Positions 1 through 7,096 of a stretch of DNA of 16,371 bases are shown piece after piece (position 1 is the stretch's first letter; every line of letters begins with the position of its first letter). The position numbers and the translations under genes are program-made. The stretch comes from a virus. The notes beneath the pieces are model-generated. The model saw only the letters and a program-made list of their open reading frames with translations. It made no database searches and was not told the DNA's origin. Where the stretch lies: UHGV virus genome UHGV-0104965, one strand, 5' to 3'.

Positions 1-15
1 TCAAATGCAGGAGAT

Positions 16-44
16 AAAAAAGGTCGCAAACCGCGACCTTTTAT
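16..44 (-). terminator. Rho-independent terminator downstream of the lipoprotein gene
   Basis: GGTCGC(22-27)-aaacc-GCGACC(33-38) hairpin; on the minus strand it is followed by a run of 6 U (complement of A-run 16-21). Sits directly after the stop of CDS 50..391. Confidence 0.6.
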
Positions 45-49
45 TAAAA

Positions 50-391
50 TTATTTTGATTTGTACTGCTGTATTAGTTTTTCTTTTTTCTCACGATAGTC
101 TTTAGCCTCTGAAATAATCTGATTAGCAGTTTTACCATTCAGAATAACTAAACGCATTTTATCGGGAGAGTAATTTTTATCACCATTAATCATGGCTTCT
201 GTATTGTAGTAACTGAGAGTATCTGAAATTGCTGTTAGCAATTCCTGTTTTTGCTCCGGGGAAAGCGGCTCAATGACCTTCTCACCTGAATAACGCAATG
301 ACTCTTGATTTGCACCATCAAATTTAGGTGCATTATCACAACCTGCCAAGAGCAACGTTAAAGCCAGACTAAATATATAAATAACTCTCAT
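50..391 (-). CDS. Putative secreted lipoprotein (moron), function unknown
   Basis: ATG at 391 with GAGGT Shine-Dalgarno about 6 nt upstream; N-terminal signal peptide with lipobox LLAGC; region 1-520 is markedly AT-rich compared with neighbouring phage genes; own terminator. No family recognised by eye. Confidence 0.8.
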   Translation of the reverse strand: MRVIYIFSLALTLLLAGCDNAPKFDGANQESLRYSGEKVIEPLSPEQKQELLTAISDTLSYYNTEAMINGDKNYSPDKMRLVILNGKTANQIISEAKDYREKKEKLIQQYKSK

Positions 392-497
392 ATGATTAAC
401 CTCATATCTAATGAAGATAAGAGTCTATCAAATCAAAAATAGCTATGACAGGATGATCTGTTATTGCATCTTGTAATAACTATCCCTCTTAGTAGAT

Positions 498-539
498 AAC
501 CATTATCAAGCCCATCTGCAGATGAGCTTTGTAATGGTT
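498..539. repeat. 42-bp imperfect palindrome centred on CATCTGCAGATG, with adjacent hairpin GCCACT-tcccgg-AGTGGC
   Basis: Left arm AACCATTAtcaagccCATCTG, right arm CAGATGagctttgTAATGGTT (3 mismatches in 21-bp arms). Lies exactly at the AT-rich/GC-rich composition boundary, about 110 bp upstream of the lipoprotein start. No U-run, so not an intrinsic terminator. Confidence 0.5.
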
Positions 540-807
540 GCCACTTCCCGGAGTGGCCACGCTCATGCCCTTGAGTTGCTGTCGCTTCATCGCCGCTGAT
601 AACCGGTGCGCGTATGGCGTTCGTGCTGCTTTACCGGAGCATGTACCCTTATTTACCCTCACATCGGTATGCTATACCTGCTCGCCATTACGCGACTCGG
701 GGCAGCATCATGACTGCTGCATTGCCTTCCGGCTACGGTCTTACCGCTTTGCTACTTCAAAAAGGTTTACTCCTTAGTACCGTTTGTTCCCCTGCTTTGC
801 AAAAGGC

Positions 808-1323
808 TCACCGCCGCTCTTGCTCAATCTGCCGTATACCAGCCAGGTTATTGTTGCCCTTCTCAATCACGGCCAGCAGCGGCTTAATCCAGAGCACAGC
901 CTGGCAGTAAGTTATTGAGCCGGCGGCAGCGGTACTATCATCGGCTGCGTCAGGTCCGTCGGTATCGGCGTGCATTGCGCTGGAACGTAAACGGTACGCG
1001 TATTCGAGCAGCCCACCAGCAATGTCAGCAGGAACAGGCAGATCACAGGTTTTTTCACGGCGGAGAATCTCCCGGTATTCGATTACGGTTTCTTCGGTGC
1101 TGGTGTCTATCAGGGCGTTAAGCCTGTTGGCATGTTCGGCTACCTGATTGAACCTATTAAAGTTGAATGCCTGGGTAGCGATCACCTGCCCCTGCAAAGA
1201 GTTGTCACTTCGCAGAACGTCGTTATCGCTCTGTAGGCTACTGGCGTTTGAGCAACTCTTAACGAGAGCGACCGAAAGGCCAGCAATAACGACAACGCCG
1301 ATAAGACCTGCATTAATTTTCAT
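808..1323 (-). CDS. i-spanin (Rz-like inner-membrane spanin subunit)
   Basis: ORF 808..1416 trimmed to internal ATG at 1323, which overlaps the endolysin stop (ATGA). N-terminal TM helix [21 protein letters not shown] followed by charged, probably coiled-coil periplasmic domain; last gene of the lysis cassette; contains the embedded o-spanin ORF. Confidence 0.7.
   Translation of the reverse strand: MKINAGLIGVVVIAGLSVALVKSCSNASSLQSDNDVLRSDNSLQGQVIATQAFNFNRFNQVAEHANRLNALIDTSTEETVIEYREILRREKTCDLPVPADIAGGLLEYAYRLRSSAMHADTDGPDAADDSTAAAGSITYCQAVLWIKPLLAVIEKGNNNLAGIRQIEQERR
912..1058 (-). CDS. o-spanin (Rz1-like outer-membrane lipoprotein), embedded in +1 frame of the i-spanin gene
   Basis: Hand translation from GTG at 1058 to TAA at 912 gives 48 aa: MKKPVICLFLLTLLVGCSNTRTVYVPAQCTPIPTDLTQPMIVPLPPAQ. 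Lipobox LLVGC, proline-rich mature part with a second Cys, as in lambda Rz1. GGGAG SD about 10 nt upstream. Absent from the ORF track (under 60 aa). Confidence 0.7.
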   Translation of the reverse strand: MKKPVICLFLLTLLVGCSNTRTVYVPAQCTPIPTDLTQPMIVPLPPAQ

Positions 1324-1859
1324 TGGTCCAGCCCCCAGCACGCCAGCGCACTTTCTTGATCGCGCCGCTCGACCTGCCCATAGCAGCCATTCTTTTGGCC
1401 TTTGGTTAGTCGGCAATCACGGCCGCCATCTTTAATCCACCAGCGAATAGCTTCACATGCCCCTTTCCGGTCACCAGCATTGATGCGCTTATAGAACGTG
1501 GACGGGAAGCATTTACCCGGCCCGATGTTGTACGGGCAAAAAGATGCGATGCCTACCTTCTGCGGCTCTGTCAGAGGCACTTTGATATTGCGATCAACCC
1601 AGGCTAATGCCTTATCACGTTCAATAGCGTTAACCTTGCGGCATTGTTCCTCTGTGGCTGTCATGCCCTTAACAACACGCCTGCCATCGATAACGGTCAC
1701 GCCGTGACATAAAGACCAGACCCCACCCGGATCAACAACGGCCACCAGCGCATTGCCTTCTTTCTCGCTGATGAATTGGTCGAAAATGAGTGGAGCAGAT
1801 GCCCCTGACGCGATTAGCGCCAGCACTGCTGCGCTGAGCTTTGCTTTGTTCGACATCAT
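1320..1859 (-). CDS. SAR endolysin (phage lysozyme, T4-lysozyme/GH24-like, signal-anchor-release type)
   Basis: N-terminal weakly hydrophobic SAR segment [20 protein letters not shown] followed by lysozyme catalytic region [15 protein letters not shown]...; start overlaps holin stop (ATGA at 1856-1859); resembles phage 21 R21 / P1 Lyz. Confidence 0.9.
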   Translation of the reverse strand: MMSNKAKLSAAVLALIASGASAPLIFDQFISEKEGNALVAVVDPGGVWSLCHGVTVIDGRRVVKGMTATEEQCRKVNAIERDKALAWVDRNIKVPLTEPQKVGIASFCPYNIGPGKCFPSTFYKRINAGDRKGACEAIRWWIKDGGRDCRLTKGQKNGCYGQVERRDQESALACWGLDQ

Positions 1860-2071
1860 TCACCTCGGGCAGCTTTGCGGCGATCCGCTTTGATTTGAAA
1901 ATAAAGGTTGGTTAGGAAGGTTAGTAAGCCAAACAGTAAACTACCGATCACACCTATAGCGGCCCACTGTTCGGGTGAGTAACCGTCAAGAAGTCTTCTG
2001 AACCAGTAAATGGCACTACCTCCCGATGCGCCGTAGGAAATGCCAGTAGTTATTTTGTCCATTCGATACAT
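1856..2071 (-). CDS. Pinholin (phage 21 S21-like class II holin) with dual-start motif
   Basis: 71 aa beginning [10 protein letters not shown]... with two TM segments, closely resembling S21 (MKSMDK...). Met1 and Met4 give the antiholin/holin dual start. GAGGTGA SD upstream of ATG at 2071. Confidence 0.9.
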   Translation of the reverse strand: MYRMDKITTGISYGASGGSAIYWFRRLLDGYSPEQWAAIGVIGSLLFGLLTFLTNLYFQIKADRRKAARGE

Positions 2072-2112
2072 GCTCTCACCTCGCTACGTTGCGGGTGTCC
2101 AGTTGAGGTAAT

Positions 2113-2138
2113 AAAAAGGGCCGCGATAGCGACCCAAG
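2113..2138 (-). terminator. Candidate intrinsic terminator between methyltransferase and holin genes
   Basis: On the minus strand GGGUCGC-uauc-GCGGCCC (7-bp stem with one G-U pair) followed by UUUUU. Stem is more stable in the minus-strand RNA, matching the transcription direction. Confidence 0.5.
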
Positions 2139-2141
2139 CTT

Positions 2142-3194
2142 TTATTCCCCTGCCAGCTGCCTTACCTCACTTACCGTCTGGTTGAAACGTTCCTCTTCCA
2201 GTTCTACGCCGATAGCCTGGCGGCCCAGTTCAATGGCTGCTTTAACAGTTGATCCCGAGCCCATAAAGAAATCAGCTACCACATCGCCGGGCCTGCTGCT
2301 GGCGTTGATGATTTGCCGCAACATATCAGCGGGCTTTTCGCACGGGTGTTTGCCTGGATAGAACTGGACTGGTTTATGGGTCCATACGTCCGTATATGGC
2401 ACGGCAGCTGTCACAGAGAAATGCCGCCGAAGTGATTTGTACTCTTCGAGCAGCTCTGAATATTTGCGATTCAACGAATGCCACAGAGCCACCAGCTGGT
2501 GGTGTGGTGTTGCCAGTTCGCCGTTCTGGTGCTTTTCGATGGCTACCTGCGTGAAAAGGGACTGAAGTTTCCGGTAGTCTGATTCATTCGGTAATTGCCA
2601 CTGGCTACCGCTGAACCAGTGAGACACCATGTTCTTCTTTCCAGTCGCATCGGCTATTTGTTTTGAGGATATGCCAAGCGCTTCACGTGCATCCCGGAAA
2701 TAAGATATTAGGGGAGTCATTACATGCTGCTTCAGCTCGCTTCCCTTCTCAGCGTACCCGTCGCTCTTTGGTTTATACGGCCCCTGGTAATGCTCAGCGA
2801 ACAGGATGCGTTCTGTTGCAGGGAAGTAAGAGCGCAGGCTCTCTTTATTACAGCCATTCCAGCGGCCCGACGGTTTAGCCCAGATGATGTGGTTCAGGAT
2901 GTTGAACCGCTCACGCATCATGATCTCAATGTCTGCCGCCAGGCGGTGACCGGAGAAAAGATAAAGACTGCCAGCAGGTTTAAGCACTCGCCAGAATTGT
3001 GCGAGGCACATATCAAGCCAGCGAAGATAATCCTCATCCCCTTTCCATTGATTGTCCCAGCCGTTGGGTTTCACTTTGAAGTACGGCGGATCCGTAACAA
3101 TAAGGTCAATGGTGTTATCTGGGAGGGTTGCGAGGTATAGCAGGCAGTCAGCGTTGACAAGCTCAACACTGTTTATATTTACAGTATTTTTCAT
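2142..3194 (-). CDS. DNA methyltransferase, beta-class (N6-adenine or N4-cytosine), orphan phage enzyme
   Basis: Motif IV TDPPY near the N-terminus and SAM-binding motif I FFMGSGST near the C-terminus (beta-class order: IV then I). 350 aa, no adjacent restriction endonuclease gene. Confidence 0.9.
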   Translation of the reverse strand: MKNTVNINSVELVNADCLLYLATLPDNTIDLIVTDPPYFKVKPNGWDNQWKGDEDYLRWLDMCLAQFWRVLKPAGSLYLFSGHRLAADIEIMMRERFNILNHIIWAKPSGRWNGCNKESLRSYFPATERILFAEHYQGPYKPKSDGYAEKGSELKQHVMTPLISYFRDAREALGISSKQIADATGKKNMVSHWFSGSQWQLPNESDYRKLQSLFTQVAIEKHQNGELATPHHQLVALWHSLNRKYSELLEEYKSLRRHFSVTAAVPYTDVWTHKPVQFYPGKHPCEKPADMLRQIINASSRPGDVVADFFMGSGSTVKAAIELGRQAIGVELEEERFNQTVSEVRQLAGE

Positions 3195-3392
3195 AGATCC
3201 GTAAGCGTAACTCTGATAGGCTCACTATGCTTTTGCGCTAAAGCAGTGGGCCTTGGTTAGCTTGTGACCTGAAAGCATGAGCTGATGGCTGGCCGGGTGC
3301 TACAACACCCTCCAGCCGCCCATTTCTCAAGCGAAAATGCCTCCAGATAGGAGGAGCGTAGATTAGATAACTGGCTTTAATTTTCTGTCGAC

Positions 3393-3425
3393 GAAAAAAA
3401 ACCCGCTATTAAGCGGGTTTTTTCC
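3393..3425. terminator. Strong bidirectional rho-independent terminator ending the AT-rich moron
   Basis: ACCCGCU(3401-3407)-auua-AGCGGGU(3412-3418), 7-bp stem, flanked by an A8 run upstream and T-run downstream; directly follows the stop of the 53-aa CDS on the minus strand. Confidence 0.75.
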
Positions 3426-3445
3426 TATTTTTTAAGCGGCAAGAT

Positions 3446-3607
3446 TCATGCGGCTTCTCTAACACGACGGCGACCTTGACGCTCTTGAGAAGGTGCCTGT
3501 GCATTCTCTTCAAGAGCTGGACCAACCTTCATAAGAAAGTCCAGAGCTTCGCCAGCTTTTCTGTAAGTTTGGATAGTATCAAACAAGCGTTCTTTTTTCA
3601 TTTCCAT
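3446..3607 (-). CDS. Small hypothetical protein (53 aa), unlisted in the ORF track
   Basis: Hand translation: MEMKKERLFDTIQTYRKAGEALDFLMKVGPALEENAQAPSQERQGRRRVREAA. ATG at 3607 preceded by GAGGTG SD; stop TGA at 3446-3448 followed by the strong terminator. Basic C-terminal tail. Function unknown. Confidence 0.55.
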   Translation of the reverse strand: MEMKKERLFDTIQTYRKAGEALDFLMKVGPALEENAQAPSQERQGRRRVREAA

Positions 3608-3855
3608 ACATCACCTCTTCGGAAGCATTGTTCCAGAGTGAACATGCATTTCGTGTAACAACATGCGTGCTGAAGTTCACATGTTCATGTTACTACTACA
3701 TGCAAGAAGCATCTCGATACTTGAGCCACTCATTGCCATAGCTTTGAGCGATTGACATAGATGGTAGCTGCCATCTAGTTCTTCGGTATCTAGTGCTTAA
3801 ACTTGAGTACACTATAACACAATTACAATGTACCCGCTAACTTATGGGATGATGA

Positions 3856-4401
3856 TTAAGCATCTCTTTCAGCCATGTATCTCATCAGCCTATCAAGACT
3901 ACAAGTCATAACATAAGAGCAACTATCTGACATTTCAAACCCAAAGGTCCGATAGTAATCAATCTTTTCTTCCACTGGTTCAATGATACGAACCTCAGTA
4001 CCATCAACTTGCTTCATGAAGATAACGGCGGCGTATAATGTATACAAAATCATCTTACGACGCAATGGATGATCTTCACTATCCTTCACGAAGTTCTCAA
4101 CTGCATGTATATCAAACCTACTGCTACCGTGATGGTAGGTGCACAATGCCACACCCGCTGGGTAATCATCAACAAGTTTATGCTCTTTAGAAGTTATTAG
4201 TTTAATACATAAACTGAAACAATCCGGGTCATTACCTACTGAGGTTACATAGTATTCCCAGTTAAGTTCACCATAAGCTCTTATGAGGGAACTAGTATCA
4301 TTAAAAGAAAGCGGACCGACTGCTAGATCTATCTCACGATGATCCATGTATGCCTGGAGGGTGTTATAGGTTTGTTGAGCTACTTCTTCCAGAGAAAGCA
4401 T
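3856..4401 (-). CDS. Hypothetical protein in AT-rich moron (about 181 aa), possible GNAT-like fold
   Basis: ORF 3856..4413 uses a TTG; first ATG is at 4401 (MLSLEEV...). No clear SD. Low GC versus flanks. C-terminal segment ...RRKMILYTLYAAVIFMKQVDGTEVRIIEP...IDYYRTFGFE loosely resembles the acetyltransferase core and Y-x-x-x-G-F motif; weak, eye-only. Confidence 0.7.
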   Translation of the reverse strand: MLSLEEVAQQTYNTLQAYMDHREIDLAVGPLSFNDTSSLIRAYGELNWEYYVTSVGNDPDCFSLCIKLITSKEHKLVDDYPAGVALCTYHHGSSRFDIHAVENFVKDSEDHPLRRKMILYTLYAAVIFMKQVDGTEVRIIEPVEEKIDYYRTFGFEMSDSCSYVMTCSLDRLMRYMAERDA

Positions 4402-4500
4402 AATGTAGGCCAAAACAGGAGTTTAAGGGTTGAAAAAGAATACCATTAACAAATGTTAAAAACACTGAAGGATGGGATGTTTTTTCAGATTACTCCCAAG

Positions 4501-4522
4501 AAAAAACCCGCTCACTGGCGGG
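4501..4522 (-). terminator. Intrinsic terminator immediately downstream of the Q-like gene (tR'-like)
   Basis: On minus strand CCCGC-cagtga-GCGGG followed by UUUUUU (complement of 4501-4506). About 50 nt downstream of the candidate late promoter. Confidence 0.7.
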
Positions 4523-4558
4523 CTGATATACTTTTAGCAACATATCAAATTAGCTTCA

Positions 4559-4587
4559 AATATCGCTTATTTTGTTGCATTTTGCAA
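4559..4587 (-). promoter_or_regulatory. Candidate late promoter pR' (sigma70-like)
   Basis: On minus strand TTGCAA (-35; plus 4582-4587), 17-bp spacer, GATATT (-10; plus 4559-4564), placed between the Q-like gene stop and the tR'-like terminator. Hexamers are imperfect; positional argument is the main support. Confidence 0.3.
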
Positions 4588-4617
4588 GCTTAATTGAGGG
4601 AGTTAGTGAAAGTTACA

Positions 4618-5331
4618 TCACATTTCCGCCACTTTCAGTTCTTGGTACTCTTCGTACCGTGACAAAATTTCGCTTAGTGCCTGGCTGTCCATCTCAGTAA
4701 ACGACGCTTTGAAAGCCGCCCAGTGGCATGAATACACTCTGAGCCAGGTGGAACGCTCAACGCTGACCATGCGCGCCAGCGCTGCACCAGCATACTCCTG
4801 ATAGGTATCGTTATTACGCGAGGCAGCAACTTCTTGCGCCGCCAGCCAGACAAGCCCTATCAGTTTTTTAGTGACACGGTCCTGGATTTTTTTGCCGCTA
4901 TGCTGACGCTGAAACTCTTCCCATACGAACTGGCACATTAACCTCTGGTACCGGAAAGCAAGGTCATGCCCATAGCAGTACCGCACCCATGCCTGCAAAT
5001 GCTCCCCAAGACCATTGACCGAACGACGCCATGCTGAACAAGCGAACTCCGCATCCTTAATAGGCGGTAAAGGTCTGCGACGGCTCCTTGTCTCAAGAAC
5101 ATAAAGTGGAGTGGCCATCGTTTTTACAACCTTGGATCCACAACCTTCCCCACCCTCCATGACGATTTCAGGATGGTGCCGGGGGTATTTGTTCTTATCT
5201 GCTGGTGGATGCTCACTGAACGCCTGCAGCTGTCCTTTTGTCGATCCTGATAAATCCGCCAGCGCGCGGCGCAGTTCAATCCGCGTATATTCCAGTTCTT
5301 GTAAATTCATTATGCTCAGCGCTCCATACAA
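4618..5331 (-). CDS. Putative late-gene antitermination protein Q (QuuQ/YdfT-like)
   Basis: 237-aa ORF directly downstream of the YdfU-like gene and upstream of a promoter-plus-terminator pair and the lysis cassette, the canonical Q position; this gene order and size match my recollection of ydfU-quuQ in E. coli Qin. No Cys4 zinc finger seen, so not lambda-Q type. Start may be the internal ATG at 5310 (MNLQELEY). Confidence 0.6.
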   Translation of the reverse strand: MYGALSIMNLQELEYTRIELRRALADLSGSTKGQLQAFSEHPPADKNKYPRHHPEIVMEGGEGCGSKVVKTMATPLYVLETRSRRRPLPPIKDAEFACSAWRRSVNGLGEHLQAWVRYCYGHDLAFRYQRLMCQFVWEEFQRQHSGKKIQDRVTKKLIGLVWLAAQEVAASRNNDTYQEYAGAALARMVSVERSTWLRVYSCHWAAFKASFTEMDSQALSEILSRYEEYQELKVAEM

Positions 5332-6393
5332 TTACGCTTTTGTTATTACGCCGATCGCCAGCGCTCGATTCATAAACCGGAATAGCAGCTCCAGCTGGGT
5401 ACCGTGCTTTTTCTCGAACGCTGCAACATCAGCATGTAAATTGTCGTGACACTCTCTGCACAGAGGGATCACAAACAAATCGTGGGCTTTAGTGGCGGTA
5501 CCGCCCATGCCGTGACCAATGACATGGTGTGGATCATCCGCTGGCCGCCGGCAAGCTTCACAGGGCTGGGTTTTAACCCACCGGGTATAGTCCTCATTCA
5601 CCCACCTGCGGTGTTTTGGGCGCAACATGAATGATTCAGGGGATTCAGGATCCGCATGCAGAGCCAGAACCTTTGGCAGTTCATAGGCTACTTCCTGATT
5701 TGCTCCATGCTTTAATTTCGCAGCCGTGACCGCAGGGGTGACCTTCTTCTGCAAAATGCTTTTTGCCGGGGGCATCGGCACAATGTCACTTTCTCGATAT
5801 ACGGATAAAAACGGCTCATCCGGTAATCGAAGCGCAAGCTGGGCCATCCTTTCCGTGATTGCATCAGCAATGCCTGAATAAACAGCCCACCAGCACAATT
5901 CACCGAGGGATAATTCACGCTCGTTGTTATACCCAAGCGATGACAGGATGGAACTGATCAGCCAGTTAATGAGATTACGCCGGGCCAATTCTGCCAGCGC
6001 CGCGGTGGTTTGATCGCGCAGCTGGTTATCGCAATGCCAACAGAGCAACATTGATCCAGGGGGATGTCGCATCGTTACCAGCTCATGATGGTGATAATCA
6101 GTGTGCGGGTACTGGCATTCCTTCACGTTACGCTCTAACCAGGATTCCAACGCGGTCAAACCGCCTGCTGCACGGATAACTCTCTCGTCGGTGAAGAATT
6201 CCTCGAGCGACTTATCTTCTGCCAGCGGCTGCCTGGCATCAGGGACGAGCCCCGACGGAAGCCCAGCCATACTTTTCGGCTGAGGCTCCACCAGCACACG
6301 CCCCTGTTGAAACAAAGACATCAGTTCGCTACCTGGCTTTAACAGCACAAGCCCAAGGCGCGGAACAGTCTCGGCTGTAAACAGTCCTCTCAC
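5332..6393 (-). CDS. YdfU-like phage protein (DUF968-type with C-terminal HNH/zinc-binding Cys-His cluster)
   Basis: 353 aa; Cys/His clusters CQYPHTDYHHHE...CWHCD and C-terminal PCEACRRP...HHVIGHGMGGTATKAHDLFVIPLCRECHDNLH (YbcO/DUF1364-like pattern). Start ATG overlaps the antirepressor stop (ATGA at 6390-6393). Confidence 0.8.
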   Translation of the reverse strand: MRGLFTAETVPRLGLVLLKPGSELMSLFQQGRVLVEPQPKSMAGLPSGLVPDARQPLAEDKSLEEFFTDERVIRAAGGLTALESWLERNVKECQYPHTDYHHHELVTMRHPPGSMLLCWHCDNQLRDQTTAALAELARRNLINWLISSILSSLGYNNERELSLGELCWWAVYSGIADAITERMAQLALRLPDEPFLSVYRESDIVPMPPAKSILQKKVTPAVTAAKLKHGANQEVAYELPKVLALHADPESPESFMLRPKHRRWVNEDYTRWVKTQPCEACRRPADDPHHVIGHGMGGTATKAHDLFVIPLCRECHDNLHADVAAFEKKHGTQLELLFRFMNRALAIGVITKA

Positions 6394-7082
6394 GCGGCAT
6401 GCCCCTTAGCGATGTGTGCCGTCCACAGGCCGCCGATCCACTCGATGCCTTTGGGTGTAAAACGTGCCTGGCTAAAGGCGTAGTTTGTTTCGCTCGAAGT
6501 GCCAGTTTTCACTTCAAACCGCCCGGCAGCAATGTGCTGGTGCCGCGGTGTCAGCACTCCGCCGAGCCGGTATAAAATGCCGCTCTCAATGAGGAACAAG
6601 CGGAAATCTGTCTCTTTGGCCTGCAACAGCTTTGCCACCTGGCGGAAAGACATTGAGCCTTTGGCAGTACAATACCGATCGACAAACTCAATTTTCGGCG
6701 CGGCAGCGGCTAACTGCTGGCTGAGTTGTTCTTTCTGCTCGGCCAGATCCGCGGCGAGACGTAATGCCTCCGGCAATGTTTGGGGGACACTTACGGCCTG
6801 GCTGTTCTCCAGCTCTTGCCAGCGATCGACAACAGCGGCGGTAAATTCTGGCGACAGCCTGGCGACGATCACCAGAGAATCACGTTTGTTGAACCAATAC
6901 TCCTCGTAGGTTTGCCCGTTTTGCGGGTGTGTGTAGGGGGTGTGCGCCAACGGCGCGGTTAAAATACCAGCAGATGCAAGGCGCTCAGCTGAGCGCTTCA
7001 CATCACCATGTTTGCTCTGTACCAGCCTGGCAATTTCACGGCTGGACATTGTCACAACACCCTTTGCGGTTAACTGATTCAT
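6390..7082 (-). CDS. Phage antirepressor, Rha/AntA-like N-terminal domain plus KilAC C-terminal domain
   Basis: ORF 6390..7130 trimmed to Met17 (MNQLTAKGV...), which has a GGAGA SD 7 nt upstream. N-terminus TMSSREIARLVQSKHGDVKRSAERL matches the Rha/Ant pattern; C-terminus ...FRQVAKLL...LYR...P.Q.I..GRFEVK... matches the KilAC pattern. Confidence 0.85.
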   Translation of the reverse strand: MNQLTAKGVVTMSSREIARLVQSKHGDVKRSAERLASAGILTAPLAHTPYTHPQNGQTYEEYWFNKRDSLVIVARLSPEFTAAVVDRWQELENSQAVSVPQTLPEALRLAADLAEQKEQLSQQLAAAAPKIEFVDRYCTAKGSMSFRQVAKLLQAKETDFRLFLIESGILYRLGGVLTPRHQHIAAGRFEVKTGTSSETNYAFSQARFTPKGIEWIGGLWTAHIAKGHAA

Positions 7083-7096
7083 GCTATTTCTCCATA

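Noticed and set aside
540-810. Possible tRNA or attachment site in the GC-rich stretch downstream of the spanin gene
   Set aside because: No cloverleaf-compatible arrangement with conserved T-loop or anticodon features could be traced by eye, and no integrase gene lies in the window.
538-910. Plus-strand ORFs 538..777 and 614..910
   Set aside because: Cys/Arg-rich, non-protein-like translations; no SD; one overlaps the i-spanin gene on the opposite strand.
915-1707. Plus-strand ORFs 915..1121, 1148..1435, 1498..1707 inside the lysis cassette
   Set aside because: Antisense to well-supported spanin and endolysin genes; Arg-rich or low-complexity products typical of reverse-strand artefacts in GC-rich coding DNA.
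2663-3140. Plus-strand ORFs 2663..2878 and 2724..3140
   Set aside because: Lie antisense within the DPPY methyltransferase gene, whose motifs are unambiguous.
3476-3658. Plus-strand ORF 3476..3658 (60 aa)
   Set aside because: Antisense to the 53-aa minus-strand ORF, which has a strong SD and terminator; the plus-strand ORF has neither.
4414-4500. Second promoter-like pair (TTGAAG-17-TAAAAG) and TTAACA-aa-TGTTAA palindrome near the Q-like gene / AT-rich island junction
   Set aside because: The -10 is poor and the predicted start would fall inside the terminator stem; the palindrome is short (6-bp arms) and could be chance in AT-rich DNA.
5111-6283. ORFs 5111..5449 (+), 5446..5634 (+), 5712..5936 (-), 6101..6283 (+)
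   Set aside because: All embedded in or antisense to the Q-like and YdfU-like genes; no independent start signals; junk-like composition.
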